Positions 28,690 to 38,924 are shown, counted from the stretch's first letter. The stretch is DNA of 64,000 bases from Parcubacteria group bacterium GW2011_GWC2_48_17 (GCA_001003605.1 LCPL01000010.1:1528-65527); one strand, 5' to 3'. A program made the numbers and translations. Notes: generated by a model not told the origin, from the letters alone.

Positions 28690-29073
28690 ATGGACAACAT
28701 TTTTTTAGGCAAGAAACTCGTTGCTGTTCATGTGCGCCGTTTTCCAGACGCGAAGACAATGCCGGTAACTTCTCCCAACGAGGCGCTCCAACTCCTCACG
28801 CTAAAACGCATGAAAGGGGATATTATCAAAGCGCACCTGCATGTCCCTAAAAAGCGCGTGACGAAGGGGCTTCAAGAATGCACCATCGTCATTAAGGGAA
28901 AAATACGGTGCGACCTTTTTGATAAAGAAGTTAAATGCTTCAGGAAAGTCTTTGTTAGGGAAGGTGAGGCGATGCTTACATTAGGCGTCGCGCACTCCGT
29001 TCATTTTCTGGAGGATTCTCTAGTGTACGAACTCAAAAACGGGCCGTTCATAGACGATAAGAAATTCATCTAA
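28690..29073 (+). CDS. small cupin-like protein (possible sugar keto-isomerase/epimerase)
   Basis: About 128 aa; GDIIKAHLHVPKK His-containing segment and predicted beta-rich sequence; the track ORF starts at 28432 inside the repeat, and the realistic start MDNIFLG is at 28690. Confidence 0.35.
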   Translation: MDNIFLGKKLVAVHVRRFPDAKTMPVTSPNEALQLLTLKRMKGDIIKAHLHVPKKRVTKGLQECTIVIKGKIRCDLFDKEVKCFRKVFVREGEAMLTLGVAHSVHFLEDSLVYELKNGPFIDDKKFI

Positions 29074-29076
29074 GTC

Positions 29077-30303
29077 ATGCGGATTTTTTTAATCACCTCT
29101 AAATTGAATTTCGAAGAGAACGGCTCTCCAGTTGGCGGTTCTGTCGTTGACCTTCATCTCAAAGCAAAAGGCCTCGCGGAACTTGGCCATGAGGTTTTTG
29201 TGGTTACGGCTTTCTCCGAAGCGAACAGATTATTCGCTCCGCTTCCGTATACAGTCTTTGAACGGCGCATAAATGGGCGCGGCCTCTTTGGCCTTCAGCG
29301 AGGTGTATACGCCATTCTTAAAGAATATGAGAAACAGGCCGACGCATTCTATATTGACGGGCATATGTTCCTTTATGGCGGCGGAGCTTATCGCATGCTT
29401 GGAGGCCGCACTCCTGTCGCGGGTTTTTTCAATATCCGCCTAAACTCATGGGCCGACACTGCGGGCAACGCGGTACGCCCGTCTTTGTATCGGCGCGTGA
29501 AGAAGAAAGTACGATACTTTCTGGAGAAAACACTCGGCGCGTCGGTCGCCAATCACTTGGATGCGTTCATCTTCAACACGCCCCATGTGCAGAAGCTCTA
29601 TCATGATTTTGGCGTTGGAAACGAAAAACCCAACGTCGTGATACAAGATTTTGTAGCGACAAGCGACCTTTCGCATCGCTTTGCCATAACGAGTGAGCGC
29701 GCAATGGAGCATCAGAGAAACGCGAAACCAATCGTACTTTTTGCAACAGGGCGAATGATTCCCGAAAAAGGATTTGAGCTTCTGCTTCGTGCCTTCGCTA
29801 TTCTCCAGAACAAAGAAAATTATAGCCTGGTCCTCTCCGGAGGAGGGCCGGACAAAGAGCGCTTGGAAGCAACCGCGAAAAAACTCGGGATAAGTTCACT
29901 CGTGGAATTTCCCGGTTGGGTTCCGCGGGAAGAACTCTACGGATTCTTCGCGAAGGCGCATATCTTTATTTTCCCCCGCTGGTGGATTGAATATGGCTCG
30001 GCTGTGCTTACCGAGGCGATGGCTTTCGGTCTTCCTTCTGTCATTCCCGGCGGGGGCGCGCTCGAGTGGCTAACCCGCGCGAATCTGCCCGAAACAGATT
30101 CGTTAGGGCAAGCAAGTGGCTCCGCGTTGACGTTCAACAATGACAATACTGACGAACTCGCGCGACAGATTGAAAAACTCGGAGAGGACGCCACCCTTCG
30201 CGTAGGACTTGCCGAAAAAGCTCTCGCTCGCGCCGAAGAACTTGACGCAAAAACGCTCGCCAAGCGACTGGAAGAAACCATCGTCTCTTGTGTTAAAAAG
30301 TAG
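29077..30303 (+). CDS. GT4 family glycosyltransferase
   Basis: GT-B pattern; IPEKGFELLLRAF and EYGSAVLTEAMAFGLPSV motifs. Confidence 0.8.
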   Translation: MRIFLITSKLNFEENGSPVGGSVVDLHLKAKGLAELGHEVFVVTAFSEANRLFAPLPYTVFERRINGRGLFGLQRGVYAILKEYEKQADAFYIDGHMFLYGGGAYRMLGGRTPVAGFFNIRLNSWADTAGNAVRPSLYRRVKKKVRYFLEKTLGASVANHLDAFIFNTPHVQKLYHDFGVGNEKPNVVIQDFVATSDLSHRFAITSERAMEHQRNAKPIVLFATGRMIPEKGFELLLRAFAILQNKENYSLVLSGGGPDKERLEATAKKLGISSLVEFPGWVPREELYGFFAKAHIFIFPRWWIEYGSAVLTEAMAFGLPSVIPGGGALEWLTRANLPETDSLGQASGSALTFNNDNTDELARQIEKLGEDATLRVGLAEKALARAEELDAKTLAKRLEETIVSCVKK

Positions 30304-30310
30304 CGCTTCT

Positions 30311-30344
30311 TCTATTCCAGTGTTCTGCAGAACATTGGAATAGA
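30311..30344. terminator. near-perfect 34-nt palindrome TCTATTCCAGTGTTCTGCAGAACATTGGAATAGA after the GT4 stop
   Basis: Read directly, with one G-T wobble. Confidence 0.5.
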
Positions 30345-30509
30345 GGGTACTCGGCTTTTAATTAGTCCTTCGAAGGAAGAGTGAGATATCACATGGATTG
30401 ACATATACTAGTAAGCATGCCAGGATTGAAGGTCCCCACAAGCTAAAGGGGGTTCTGCCACGAAAAGGTCGCGGTAAGAAAACATTGAAAACTGAAAAGG
30501 AGACAAAGC

Positions 30510-31382
30510 ATGAGCTGGAAGACTTTTGTGTGTATCGCAGTCGTCTATCAGTATGGATTAGTGCAGGTCGCCATCAAGAAGATAGGGGCCGTTCCAGGCT
30601 CGCGCACGAGGAAACTCGTGTGGCAGTACCTCTTTGCGGCTTTCCTTGCATTGACCGCTGGAGCAATTGCCGGGCGGCTCGAATTGACCCCATCGGTCTT
30701 GATCGTCGCAGTTATTGGTGCAGGGAACGCCTTCGCCTGTTATTGTCATTGGCGAGCTTATGACATTTCGATGGCTCGCACGGCGATGCTTAGCACTCTC
30801 GATGATTTTACCGCCATCGGACTAGGCTACCTGCTACTCGGCGAACTTCAGGTACTTACACCGCTACTTACTGCGGGAGTCGTCATATCAGCCGTTAGCG
30901 CGATAATGTTTTCGCGAGTCAAGAACCCAAGTGAGGCAACCTCTCGCTCTCTGATTTTTTGGGTGCTTGGCTACAGCTCAATATGGGGTGTCGCTATGTT
31001 TTCACTCCGCTACTTCTCGCTTCAGGGGCTAAGCATGATTACCTTCGGGGCCGCGTGGTACAGTGGCGCTTTCATCGGCGCTCTTATAACGCGTTTTGTG
31101 ATCATGGGGCGGGACGAGGCCGGTCCGCCACTTTCAAACGGAGAACGAGCGAAGGTGTTTCTACTTGCGGTACTCATATGGACATCACTCATGTTTTGCT
31201 ATCGGTTGCGCGAACTGGTTCCGGTTACCGTTATCCAGCCGATACAGCTCGTGTCAGAAATGAGCATACCGGCGATTATTGGCATGATGTTCTTTGGCGA
31301 AGCAAAAAAGATGTCGCGGAAGGAAATTGCGGTCATCGCGGTCGGTCTCCTCGGAGCCGTACTTATCGCGGTCGCTTACTAA
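30510..31382 (+). CDS. polytopic membrane protein (about 9-10 TM; possible transporter/flippase)
   Basis: Hydrophobic throughout; AAGGAG ribosome-binding site 8 nt upstream. Confidence 0.5.
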   Translation: MSWKTFVCIAVVYQYGLVQVAIKKIGAVPGSRTRKLVWQYLFAAFLALTAGAIAGRLELTPSVLIVAVIGAGNAFACYCHWRAYDISMARTAMLSTLDDFTAIGLGYLLLGELQVLTPLLTAGVVISAVSAIMFSRVKNPSEATSRSLIFWVLGYSSIWGVAMFSLRYFSLQGLSMITFGAAWYSGAFIGALITRFVIMGRDEAGPPLSNGERAKVFLLAVLIWTSLMFCYRLRELVPVTVIQPIQLVSEMSIPAIIGMMFFGEAKKMSRKEIAVIAVGLLGAVLIAVAY

Positions 31383-31488
31383 AGATGGGCGTCGCCGTCT
31401 TTCGTTTCTTCGCGCCTTGCGGGTTCGTTCGTTCCGAATCCGTGAGGCGCTTTTTGTTTGATGCGACGCAAGACGAGTCAGAAAGAAA

Positions 31489-32349
31489 TCACTTCTCCTT
31501 CTTCACACAGTACAGATTAATAAACTCGCTCGCGTGGGAGCCGTCTTTCGGTTTTGGAAGCAGAGCCAAGAAACTCTCGTCTTTAACCGGAGATAGCTTG
31601 ATGAGACCGCTTTGCGTTATAGCGGAAATCTCGAACCCATGCTTTTCAATGCTCTGAAGAAACGCGAGCGGAGTGTTTCCGGATGCCTCTACCCATGCCG
31701 GAGCAAGTTCGGTAACAAGAACGCGCGCACTTTTGAGCGCGCGCGTCATGCCGGAAAGCGCCGCCCCCTCTCCGCCTTCAATGTCCATCTTGATAACATC
31801 AACGCGTAGGATACCGTTTTTCTCCAGCCACGAATCGAGCGTTGTCGCGCCGACTGTGAGTTTTCTCTTTGAAAAGTCGAGCGGGACATTTCCAAGTGTC
31901 GAATGCGCTCCGCTCTTGTCGTCATAGTGGTAGAAATCTATAATACCGACCCTGTCGGTGATTGCGATTTGCGCGGTCCGCACATTCTTGAAGCCCTTCG
32001 TATTTTGAGAAAGGAGAGCAAAGTTCGTCGGGTCGGCTTCAAAGGCGAGTACCTCCCCTCCATATCCTACGAGCTTTGAAAACAGGCGGGTAAAGTATCC
32101 GATATGCGCTCCGATATCAACAACAACCATGCCTTTGGTAATTGTCTTTTTAAAAAGCGCGTACGTTTCCCGTTCGTAGAGTCCGAAGAGCATATTGAGT
32201 TTCCATCTGCGTATGTAATTTTTGGGAAAAGAAAATCGTTTGTATTTTGCAAGAAGGTCCGTCAAGAAATCAAGCGCCGCGTAAATCGCGCGGTCGAGCG
32301 CGGGAGCATGGATGTAGGTGCGGTAGAGTGTGCGAAGACGTGCGATCAT
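31489..32349 (-). CDS. FkbM family methyltransferase
   Basis: VVDIGAHIGYFT...EVLAFEADPTNF...RVDVIKMDIEGGE. Confidence 0.75.
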   Translation of the reverse strand: MIARLRTLYRTYIHAPALDRAIYAALDFLTDLLAKYKRFSFPKNYIRRWKLNMLFGLYERETYALFKKTITKGMVVVDIGAHIGYFTRLFSKLVGYGGEVLAFEADPTNFALLSQNTKGFKNVRTAQIAITDRVGIIDFYHYDDKSGAHSTLGNVPLDFSKRKLTVGATTLDSWLEKNGILRVDVIKMDIEGGEGAALSGMTRALKSARVLVTELAPAWVEASGNTPLAFLQSIEKHGFEISAITQSGLIKLSPVKDESFLALLPKPKDGSHASEFINLYCVKKEK

Positions 32350-32390
32350 AAAGATTGTCTAATTCCTAATCCATCTAATTTAGACGGCAC

Positions 32391-32526
32391 CCAAGGCACA
32401 GTGTCCAAAAACCCAAACAAAACACAATTCGTCAAAAAACCAAACAAGTCCGATTTGTGTTTTGGAGATTTGTGCAGTTTGTTTGGACTTTGTGTACTGT
32501 GTTTTGTGAAGTTTAATAGGTAATTA
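32391..32526 (+). repeat. bipartite intergenic repeat, copy B
   Basis: See copy A; lies between two minus-strand genes. Confidence 0.7.
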
Positions 32527-34062
32527 GGTGAATTTTTGTAGCCCTATTTTCTTCGCGATGAGAGCCGCGAGCGGACGAAGTCCCTCTTTCTGCTTTTCTT
32601 TATCCATCTCCTCTTCCCACAACTGTGGAAAATCAAGATGCGCCGATTCCGGAAGCAGTGCGGCGATGAAATGCACAAGTTCTTCTTCATTGTACGTCGG
32701 GTGTTCCAATTGTTCCTTGATGAGGTATGGAAGTTCTTCGGGGGCGGGGCATTTCTTAATAAATGAAAGCGCGTCGTACCAGATGTTGCCCATGACAATG
32801 ACCGGTTTCTTTAGAAACGTCGCTTCGAGTCCCAGCGTACCGGTAATCGTCACCAAGAGCTTCGCGCGTTCCACGAGTTCGGTGCCTCGTACCGCTGGGT
32901 CAATGAGCGCGACATTGAGATTCTTCTTGATTTCCTTGTAAAAAGCCCGTGGTCGATACTGCACCATAAGCGGATGTTCCTTGACGTACAGACGGTACTC
33001 AATCGGGAGAGACTTGGAAATCTGCCGTATAACCTCCAGTTGATTGGTTTTAAACGGCGCCCAAAGATTCAACGAAGATTCCGGTTCGGTTTGCAGAGGA
33101 AAGAAAACGAATTTTTCCCCTTCAACTATATTATCGTACAAGCCGCGCGCTCCGATGAGATTCCGAATCTTTCTTCGCGCGTGGTCCCGCACATAATTAA
33201 GCGGGGATACCATCGTGTAATCCCTGTGCTTCGAGGTGACGTAATATCTATAAAACATCTTCACGAAAAAGGAGATAGAGTTGGCGAAGTTGACCGGAGA
33301 CAGAAATCGAAGCTGTGTTCCGCGTTTGACGGGCTGTTCCGACGGCGAAAGTTTCGCGTAGTACGGTTCTGGGGTTTTTCTGAAATCCTCAATGATTTTC
33401 TTTGCTTCACTGTAGTACGGTTCCGGCCGTACATTGCTCGCGATATTTTCTCTATATTTCTTTTCCAAGGACGGGAAGCGAATATGATGGTCGCTTAAGA
33501 CAGAGGTATGCTTCATGCCGGTCATGTTGATTGACCAGACCGGAATTCCCATCTTTTTTGCCATGTTGTAGAGAAGAAAGTTTCCTGTGCCCGAGAGCGC
33601 TTGCGATACCACGAGAGCGTCCGGCTTCTCTTTTTTCAAAAAGGCGCTTAGCGCTTTTGCCTTTACCTGCAGTATTTTGAGCGTGTCCTCGTACGAATAC
33701 GGGGGCGTGTTATACGGATATTCTCTCGCCGATTGATTGCATGTGAGTATGCGGTCAATCGCCACATACGCAAAAAGATTCGGGATGCCATAGTCCCGCT
33801 CAAGCCCTTTTAGGTATTCCATATCCACTTTCTCCGACGAAAACTTCTCGTGTAGGTCTTCGTCAAGCAGAAGGCCGGTATACATGATGTCTTTTTGCGA
33901 AGTAAGAAAATCATAGCTCGAACGCAGCTGGACGTAGCCGCAAAATTCCCGCACCCCGTATTCTTCGGAAAGCAACTTCGCGAGATTGTGTCCTATGTGG
34001 GCAAACTGCCGATGGAGAAAAAAACAGATTTTCATAGTAGATACGCTTAACAAATGGCGCAT
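32524..34062 (-). CDS. capsule-polysaccharide-biosynthesis-like protein (KpsS/KpsC or TagF-like putative glycosyl/glycerophospho-transferase)
   Basis: YVKEHPLMVQYRP...LVTITGTLGLEATFLKKPVIVMGNIWY; paralog of 57898-59352. Confidence 0.45.
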   Translation of the reverse strand: MRHLLSVSTMKICFFLHRQFAHIGHNLAKLLSEEYGVREFCGYVQLRSSYDFLTSQKDIMYTGLLLDEDLHEKFSSEKVDMEYLKGLERDYGIPNLFAYVAIDRILTCNQSAREYPYNTPPYSYEDTLKILQVKAKALSAFLKKEKPDALVVSQALSGTGNFLLYNMAKKMGIPVWSINMTGMKHTSVLSDHHIRFPSLEKKYRENIASNVRPEPYYSEAKKIIEDFRKTPEPYYAKLSPSEQPVKRGTQLRFLSPVNFANSISFFVKMFYRYYVTSKHRDYTMVSPLNYVRDHARRKIRNLIGARGLYDNIVEGEKFVFFPLQTEPESSLNLWAPFKTNQLEVIRQISKSLPIEYRLYVKEHPLMVQYRPRAFYKEIKKNLNVALIDPAVRGTELVERAKLLVTITGTLGLEATFLKKPVIVMGNIWYDALSFIKKCPAPEELPYLIKEQLEHPTYNEEELVHFIAALLPESAHLDFPQLWEEEMDKEKQKEGLRPLAALIAKKIGLQKFT

Positions 34063-34177
34063 GCGAATGAGGACACCCTGCGCTCCCGCGCAGGGAAGTC
34101 GGGGCGGCCAGGCAATGGTCTAACGCCCTAAGTCTCTTGATAACTAGCCCGATATCCGTTAAGTTTCCGACAATCCT

Positions 34178-34219
34178 CCAAGGACTATCCTATGTGTATT
34201 CACATAGGATAGTCCTTGG
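34178..34219. promoter_or_regulatory. 19-bp perfect hairpin CCAAGGACTATCCTATGTG-TATT-CACATAGGATAGTCCTTGG in the divergent intergenic region
   Basis: Read directly; a second hairpin CCCTGCGC-TCCC-GCGCAGGG lies at about 34075-34094. Confidence 0.6.
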
Positions 34220-34309
34220 GGTACCACCATTGTATTCTTTTCGCCACAAGGCTAGTTACAGTATTGTATTGCATAACGGTGAGGTAGAATAGTGTAACAT
34301 CATATAGCT

Positions 34310-35035
34310 ATGCGTATGAACATACTAGCCGTCATTCCGGCGCGAGGCGGAAGCAAAGGTATTTTGAACAAGAACATCCGAGTCTTTGGGGGAAAACCTC
34401 TGCTCTCGCATACGATTGACGCCGCAAAAAAGTCCAGATATGTCACGAGAACTGTCGTGTCCACCGAGTCTATGGCGATAGCGAGTGTCGCGAGAAAATA
34501 CGGAGCTGAAGTTCCATTTCTCCGCCCGATTGAACTTGCACAAGATAGGTCGAAGGCGACCGACGCGGTATATCATCTGCTTACGACTATGGAGAAAGAG
34601 TCGGGTTATATGCCGGACTATGTCGTATTGCTCCAGCCGACCTCTCCGCTTCGGACAAGCGCGGATATTGATGGAGCTCTCGACCTTCTCTTCAAACGAA
34701 AGGCCGGCGCGATTGTTTCCGTGTGCCGCACCGAACAGCTCCTCTTCGTCAAGGATAAAAAGGGCGCGCTCCGGCTCGTGAGCGACGAATCATTTCTCAA
34801 ATCGGGCAACAGGCAGGAGCTCCCCGACACCTATAAGCTCGACGGGTCCATGGTCTACGCCATCAAGACATCCGTATTTCTTAAAAAGAAGACTTTTATT
34901 CCGAAAGGAGTACTCGCTTTCGAGATTCCGCGTTGGCGCGCGGTTGACATAGACGAACCGCAAGATTTTATCGTCGGAGAATTGATTTATCGCAATCGTA
35001 AGAAAATCGAACACGCGCTTCAAACATTTCGATAA
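34310..35035 (+). CDS. acylneuraminate cytidylyltransferase family (CMP-nonulosonic acid synthetase-like)
   Basis: ILAVIPARGGSKGILNKN N-terminus and LQPTSPLR motif. Confidence 0.8.
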   Translation: MRMNILAVIPARGGSKGILNKNIRVFGGKPLLSHTIDAAKKSRYVTRTVVSTESMAIASVARKYGAEVPFLRPIELAQDRSKATDAVYHLLTTMEKESGYMPDYVVLLQPTSPLRTSADIDGALDLLFKRKAGAIVSVCRTEQLLFVKDKKGALRLVSDESFLKSGNRQELPDTYKLDGSMVYAIKTSVFLKKKTFIPKGVLAFEIPRWRAVDIDEPQDFIVGELIYRNRKKIEHALQTFR

Positions 35036-35047
35036 AATACTATTCAT

Positions 35048-36382
35048 ATGGAGAAACAGAATCACATCAAAAAAGGAAAAGGCGCGGCTCTGTGGGAAAA
35101 AGCGAAGCGGCTCATACCCGGCGGCAATCAGCTTCTCTCAAAGCGTTCCGAAATGTTTCTCCCTGGTCTGTGGCCCGCCTACTACGCAAAAGCAAAGGGA
35201 ATCGAGGTTACGGACCTTGATGGGCGGACATATCTGGATTTCTCAATCATGGGCATCGGCGCGTGCGCACTTGGTTACGCGAACAAGAAAGTCAACGCGG
35301 TGGTGAAGCGGGCTGTTGATAACGGTTCGCTCACTACGCTCAATGCCCCCGAAGAGGTAGAACTCGCGGAGTTACTCCTAAAGCTTCATCCGTGGGCGAA
35401 GAAGGTACGCTACGCACGTACCGGCGGAGAGGCAATGGCGATTGCCGTGCGAATCGCGCGCGCGCATAGCGGACGGTCTAAAATTGCTTTTTCGGGCTAT
35501 CACGGGTGGAGTGATTGGTATCTCGCGACTAACTTGGAAGACGCGAAGGGTTTGAACGAGCATTTACTTTCCGGTCTTGAACCTGCCGGTGTTCCCTCCG
35601 AACTCCGTGGCACCGTGTTGCCGTTCGCGTACAATCGAATCGAGGAGCTTGAAGCGCTTCTTTCGCGCCATAAAGATATTGGCACGATTGTGGTTGAGAC
35701 GGTGCGTCACCACGAACCCGAAAGAGGCTTTTTGGAGAAGGTTCGCGCGCTCGCGACCAAGGCGGGCGCGGTACTCATCTTTGACGAAATAACTGTCGGT
35801 TGGCGAATAACTCTCGGCGGAGCGCACCTTCACTACGGCGTCTATCCCGACATCGCCGTACTCGGCAAGGCAATCGCGAACGGGTACGCGATGGCGGCCA
35901 TCATCGGAAGAGAGGGCGTGATGGATTCGGTGCAAAAGACCTTCATCAGCAGTACGTTTTGGACGGAACGGATTGGGCCCGTTGCGGCAATCGCGACCAT
36001 CAAAGAGATGAAACGGGTCAATCTGCCCGCGTATCTCAAGCGCGTTGGAACGCTTATCGGCGAGGGCTGGAGGCAAGCGGCAGAAAGACACTGGCTAAAG
36101 ATACGCGTACACGGGCCGGAAGCGCTCGTCGGATTCGCGTTCGATTATGGCGAGAAAAGCCAGGCGATACGGACGCTATTCACCCAAGAGATGCTCCGCA
36201 GGGGATTTCTCGCTTCGGGAAGCGTTTATATGAGCCACGCACACACAGAAAAGAACATAAAGAAATATCTTAGCGCTGTCAATGAAGTCTTCGCCCTGCT
36301 TGCCGAGGCGATAGAAAAAGACACCGTTGCCTCACTGCTTCAAGGGCCGGTGGCGCATAGCGGCTTTCAGAGATTGACATAA
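35048..36382 (+). CDS. class III aminotransferase (glutamate-1-semialdehyde aminomutase-like)
   Basis: YARTGGEAMAIAVRIARAHSGR and FDEITVGWRI...LGKAIANGY (PLP-Lys region). Confidence 0.8.
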   Translation: MEKQNHIKKGKGAALWEKAKRLIPGGNQLLSKRSEMFLPGLWPAYYAKAKGIEVTDLDGRTYLDFSIMGIGACALGYANKKVNAVVKRAVDNGSLTTLNAPEEVELAELLLKLHPWAKKVRYARTGGEAMAIAVRIARAHSGRSKIAFSGYHGWSDWYLATNLEDAKGLNEHLLSGLEPAGVPSELRGTVLPFAYNRIEELEALLSRHKDIGTIVVETVRHHEPERGFLEKVRALATKAGAVLIFDEITVGWRITLGGAHLHYGVYPDIAVLGKAIANGYAMAAIIGREGVMDSVQKTFISSTFWTERIGPVAAIATIKEMKRVNLPAYLKRVGTLIGEGWRQAAERHWLKIRVHGPEALVGFAFDYGEKSQAIRTLFTQEMLRRGFLASGSVYMSHAHTEKNIKKYLSAVNEVFALLAEAIEKDTVASLLQGPVAHSGFQRLT

Positions 36383-36386
36383 TGCT

Positions 36387-37373
36387 ATGCCACACAAAAC
36401 ACTAACATTTTTGCAGATAGGACTCGGCTCAATGGGGAAGCGGCGCATCCGCAATCTCATTTCCGCTGGCGAGAAAAATATCATCGGCTTTGACCTCTCG
36501 CCAGAGAGAAGGAGGGAGGCGGGAAAAACCTATCACATCAAAACCGTTCCCGACATCGCGAAACTCTCTCCAGATATGTTTGACGCGATGATTATTTCCA
36601 CTCCGCCCGATAAACACGGCGACTACATACGATTTGCCATACGGCACCGAAAGCATTTTTATACCGAAGTTAGCACAACCGACGACGGTTACGCGGAGAT
36701 TTTCTCCGCCAAGAAAGGCCTTGTGATGGCGCCTTCAAGCACCTTTCTTCATTTTTCTCCTATAAAGATGATGAAAGAATTTGTTAAGCAGGGAAAAATC
36801 GGCAAGATACTTTTGTTCGATTATCATGTTGGACAGTATCTTCCGACCTTCCATCCATGGGAGGATTATCGCAAGATTTATATTTCGAAAAAGGATACCG
36901 GCTCCTGCAGAACGCTTTTTCTTTTTGAGTGCGTGTGGCTTAACTTCCTCGTCGGCTCAACCATGTCGGATATTTCCGGAATGACAGGAAAAGTGTCAGA
37001 CCTTGAAATGACTGCGGACGATTTTCTATCAGCGAGCGTGCGGTATAAGAATAACGTGCGTGGAACGATACAGATTGAACTTCTCTCTCGAAAGCCCGGC
37101 CGTTCATTGTGGCTTATCGGGTCCGAGGGAATCATTGAATGGGATTGGCTTTCCTCAAAGATTCGCGTCCACGACGCTAATGGAAAGACAAAAACCATTT
37201 CGGTTCCTAAGGGCAATCCTGCCAAGGGGTATTTGGCCGCGGAAGAAATGTATAACGTCGAAATCAAATCGTTCGTTGACGCTATCCGCGGCAAGGCGGA
37301 CTACCCTTTTACTTTTAGGGAAGATTTGGCGAACATGAAGATGCTTGAGAGGCTGGAGGCAAACAATCGCTAA
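36387..37373 (+). CDS. Gfo/Idh/MocA family oxidoreductase
   Basis: LQIGLGSMGKRRIRNL N-terminal Rossmann and AMIISTPPDKH. Confidence 0.8.
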   Translation: MPHKTLTFLQIGLGSMGKRRIRNLISAGEKNIIGFDLSPERRREAGKTYHIKTVPDIAKLSPDMFDAMIISTPPDKHGDYIRFAIRHRKHFYTEVSTTDDGYAEIFSAKKGLVMAPSSTFLHFSPIKMMKEFVKQGKIGKILLFDYHVGQYLPTFHPWEDYRKIYISKKDTGSCRTLFLFECVWLNFLVGSTMSDISGMTGKVSDLEMTADDFLSASVRYKNNVRGTIQIELLSRKPGRSLWLIGSEGIIEWDWLSSKIRVHDANGKTKTISVPKGNPAKGYLAAEEMYNVEIKSFVDAIRGKADYPFTFREDLANMKMLERLEANNR

Positions 37374-37433
37374 AGACGGGCAATCTTTCCACCCAAACGG
37401 TTATAATGCATACTACCTCCTACGCTAAGCTTT

Positions 37434-38918
37434 TTGCGCTGTATGCTTTTTACCTCTACCCAATTTTTCATATTCTTTCCCGTAGTTACGGCTCTCTATT
37501 TTCTCCTGCCGCACCGTTTTCGCTGGCTTCTTCTTCTCACGGCGAGCTCTCTTTTCTACATGGCCTTTATACCGAAATATATCCTAATTTTATTCTTCAC
37601 TATCATTGTTGATTACATCGCAGGAATACAAATTGAGGCCGCGACTGGAAGAAAGCGCAAATTGTATCTCATCCTAAGTCTAATCGCCAACCTGGGCGTT
37701 CTCGCTATCTTCAAATACTACAATTTCTTTCTTGGCAACCTAAACGACTTCGCGCAGCTTATCCACTGGAACTATTCTCTGTCTCTCCTCAACATCATTC
37801 TTCCTCTCGGCCTCTCCTTCCACACCTTTCAAGCAATGAGCTACACGATTGAGGTCTTTCGCGGAAACTACAGAGCCGAGCGTCATTTCGGCATCTACGC
37901 CCTCTACGTCATGTTCTATCCGCAACTCGTGGCGGGTCCCATCGAGCGGCCGCAAAATCTATTGCCCCAATTTCGCGAAGAGCACGCGTTTGTCTACTCG
38001 CGAGTCATAGATGGCCTTAAGCTCATGCTCATGGGTTTTTTCAAGAAACTTGTGATTGCCGACCAAGCCGCTTTCATAGTGGATTCGGTTTATAGTCATC
38101 CGGGCGACTATACCGGCCTCCCGCTCATTATCGCGACAGTTTTTTTCGCTTTTCAGATTTTCTGCGATTTTTCCGGATATACGGACATTGCCCGCGGAGC
38201 GGCTAGAGTGATGGGCTTTCGCCTTCGGGAAAACTTCAACCAGCCGTATTTTGCTACCTCGGTCGCTGACTTCTGGAGAAGGTGGCATATGTCGCTTTCC
38301 ACGTGGTTTCGCGACTACCTCTATTTTTCGCTTGGCGGCAATCGGGTGAGCAAGCTACGATGGTATTTCAACATTTTACTCGTCTTTCTTTTAAGCGGCC
38401 TTTGGCATGGAGCGAACTGGACGTTTGTCATATGGGGAGCGCTTCACGGAACATATATCGTACTGTCAAAAATTACCACATGGTGGCGGGAGAGCGCGGC
38501 GCGGTTTATTCGTCTTGACCGCTTCCCGCGTGTTCGCAAATTGGCTCAAATCTTCATAACGTTTTTTCTCGTTGCGGTCGGCTGGGTATTTTTTCGCTCG
38601 CGCGACCTTAGCGAGGCGCTCTACATACTCAAGCACGCACTCTCCGGCCTATGGAGCCAGCTTAGCTCGCTCGAGTATCTTCGCTATGAGCTTCTTGTCG
38701 AGACAACACTAGGCGTAAGCAAGTCAACGCTACTTGTTCTCATCGCTTCTATCGTACTCATGCTCGGCATTTACTGGAGCCGCGAGCGGCCGTGGTGGAA
38801 GCGCCTGCTCGCGCTAAAGCCCACGGCGCTTCGGTGGTCTCTCTACTACGCATTCATTCTCTGGCTGCTCCTCTTCGGCGTCTTTACAGAGCAAAACTTT
38901 ATTTATTTCCAATTTTAG
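37434..38918 (+). CDS. MBOAT family membrane O-acyltransferase (AlgI/DltB-like)
   Basis: FWRRWHMSLSTWFRDYLYFSLGGNR with the conserved His; polytopic. Confidence 0.85.
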   Translation: MRCMLFTSTQFFIFFPVVTALYFLLPHRFRWLLLLTASSLFYMAFIPKYILILFFTIIVDYIAGIQIEAATGRKRKLYLILSLIANLGVLAIFKYYNFFLGNLNDFAQLIHWNYSLSLLNIILPLGLSFHTFQAMSYTIEVFRGNYRAERHFGIYALYVMFYPQLVAGPIERPQNLLPQFREEHAFVYSRVIDGLKLMLMGFFKKLVIADQAAFIVDSVYSHPGDYTGLPLIIATVFFAFQIFCDFSGYTDIARGAARVMGFRLRENFNQPYFATSVADFWRRWHMSLSTWFRDYLYFSLGGNRVSKLRWYFNILLVFLLSGLWHGANWTFVIWGALHGTYIVLSKITTWWRESAARFIRLDRFPRVRKLAQIFITFFLVAVGWVFFRSRDLSEALYILKHALSGLWSQLSSLEYLRYELLVETTLGVSKSTLLVLIASIVLMLGIYWSRERPWWKRLLALKPTALRWSLYYAFILWLLLFGVFTEQNFIYFQF

Positions 38919-38924
38919 ACGACT

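Noticed and set aside
30397-30430. TTGACA hexamer as a sigma70 -35 upstream of the membrane protein gene
   Set aside because: No acceptable -10 hexamer sits at 16-18 nt spacing, so a single hexamer is not evidence.
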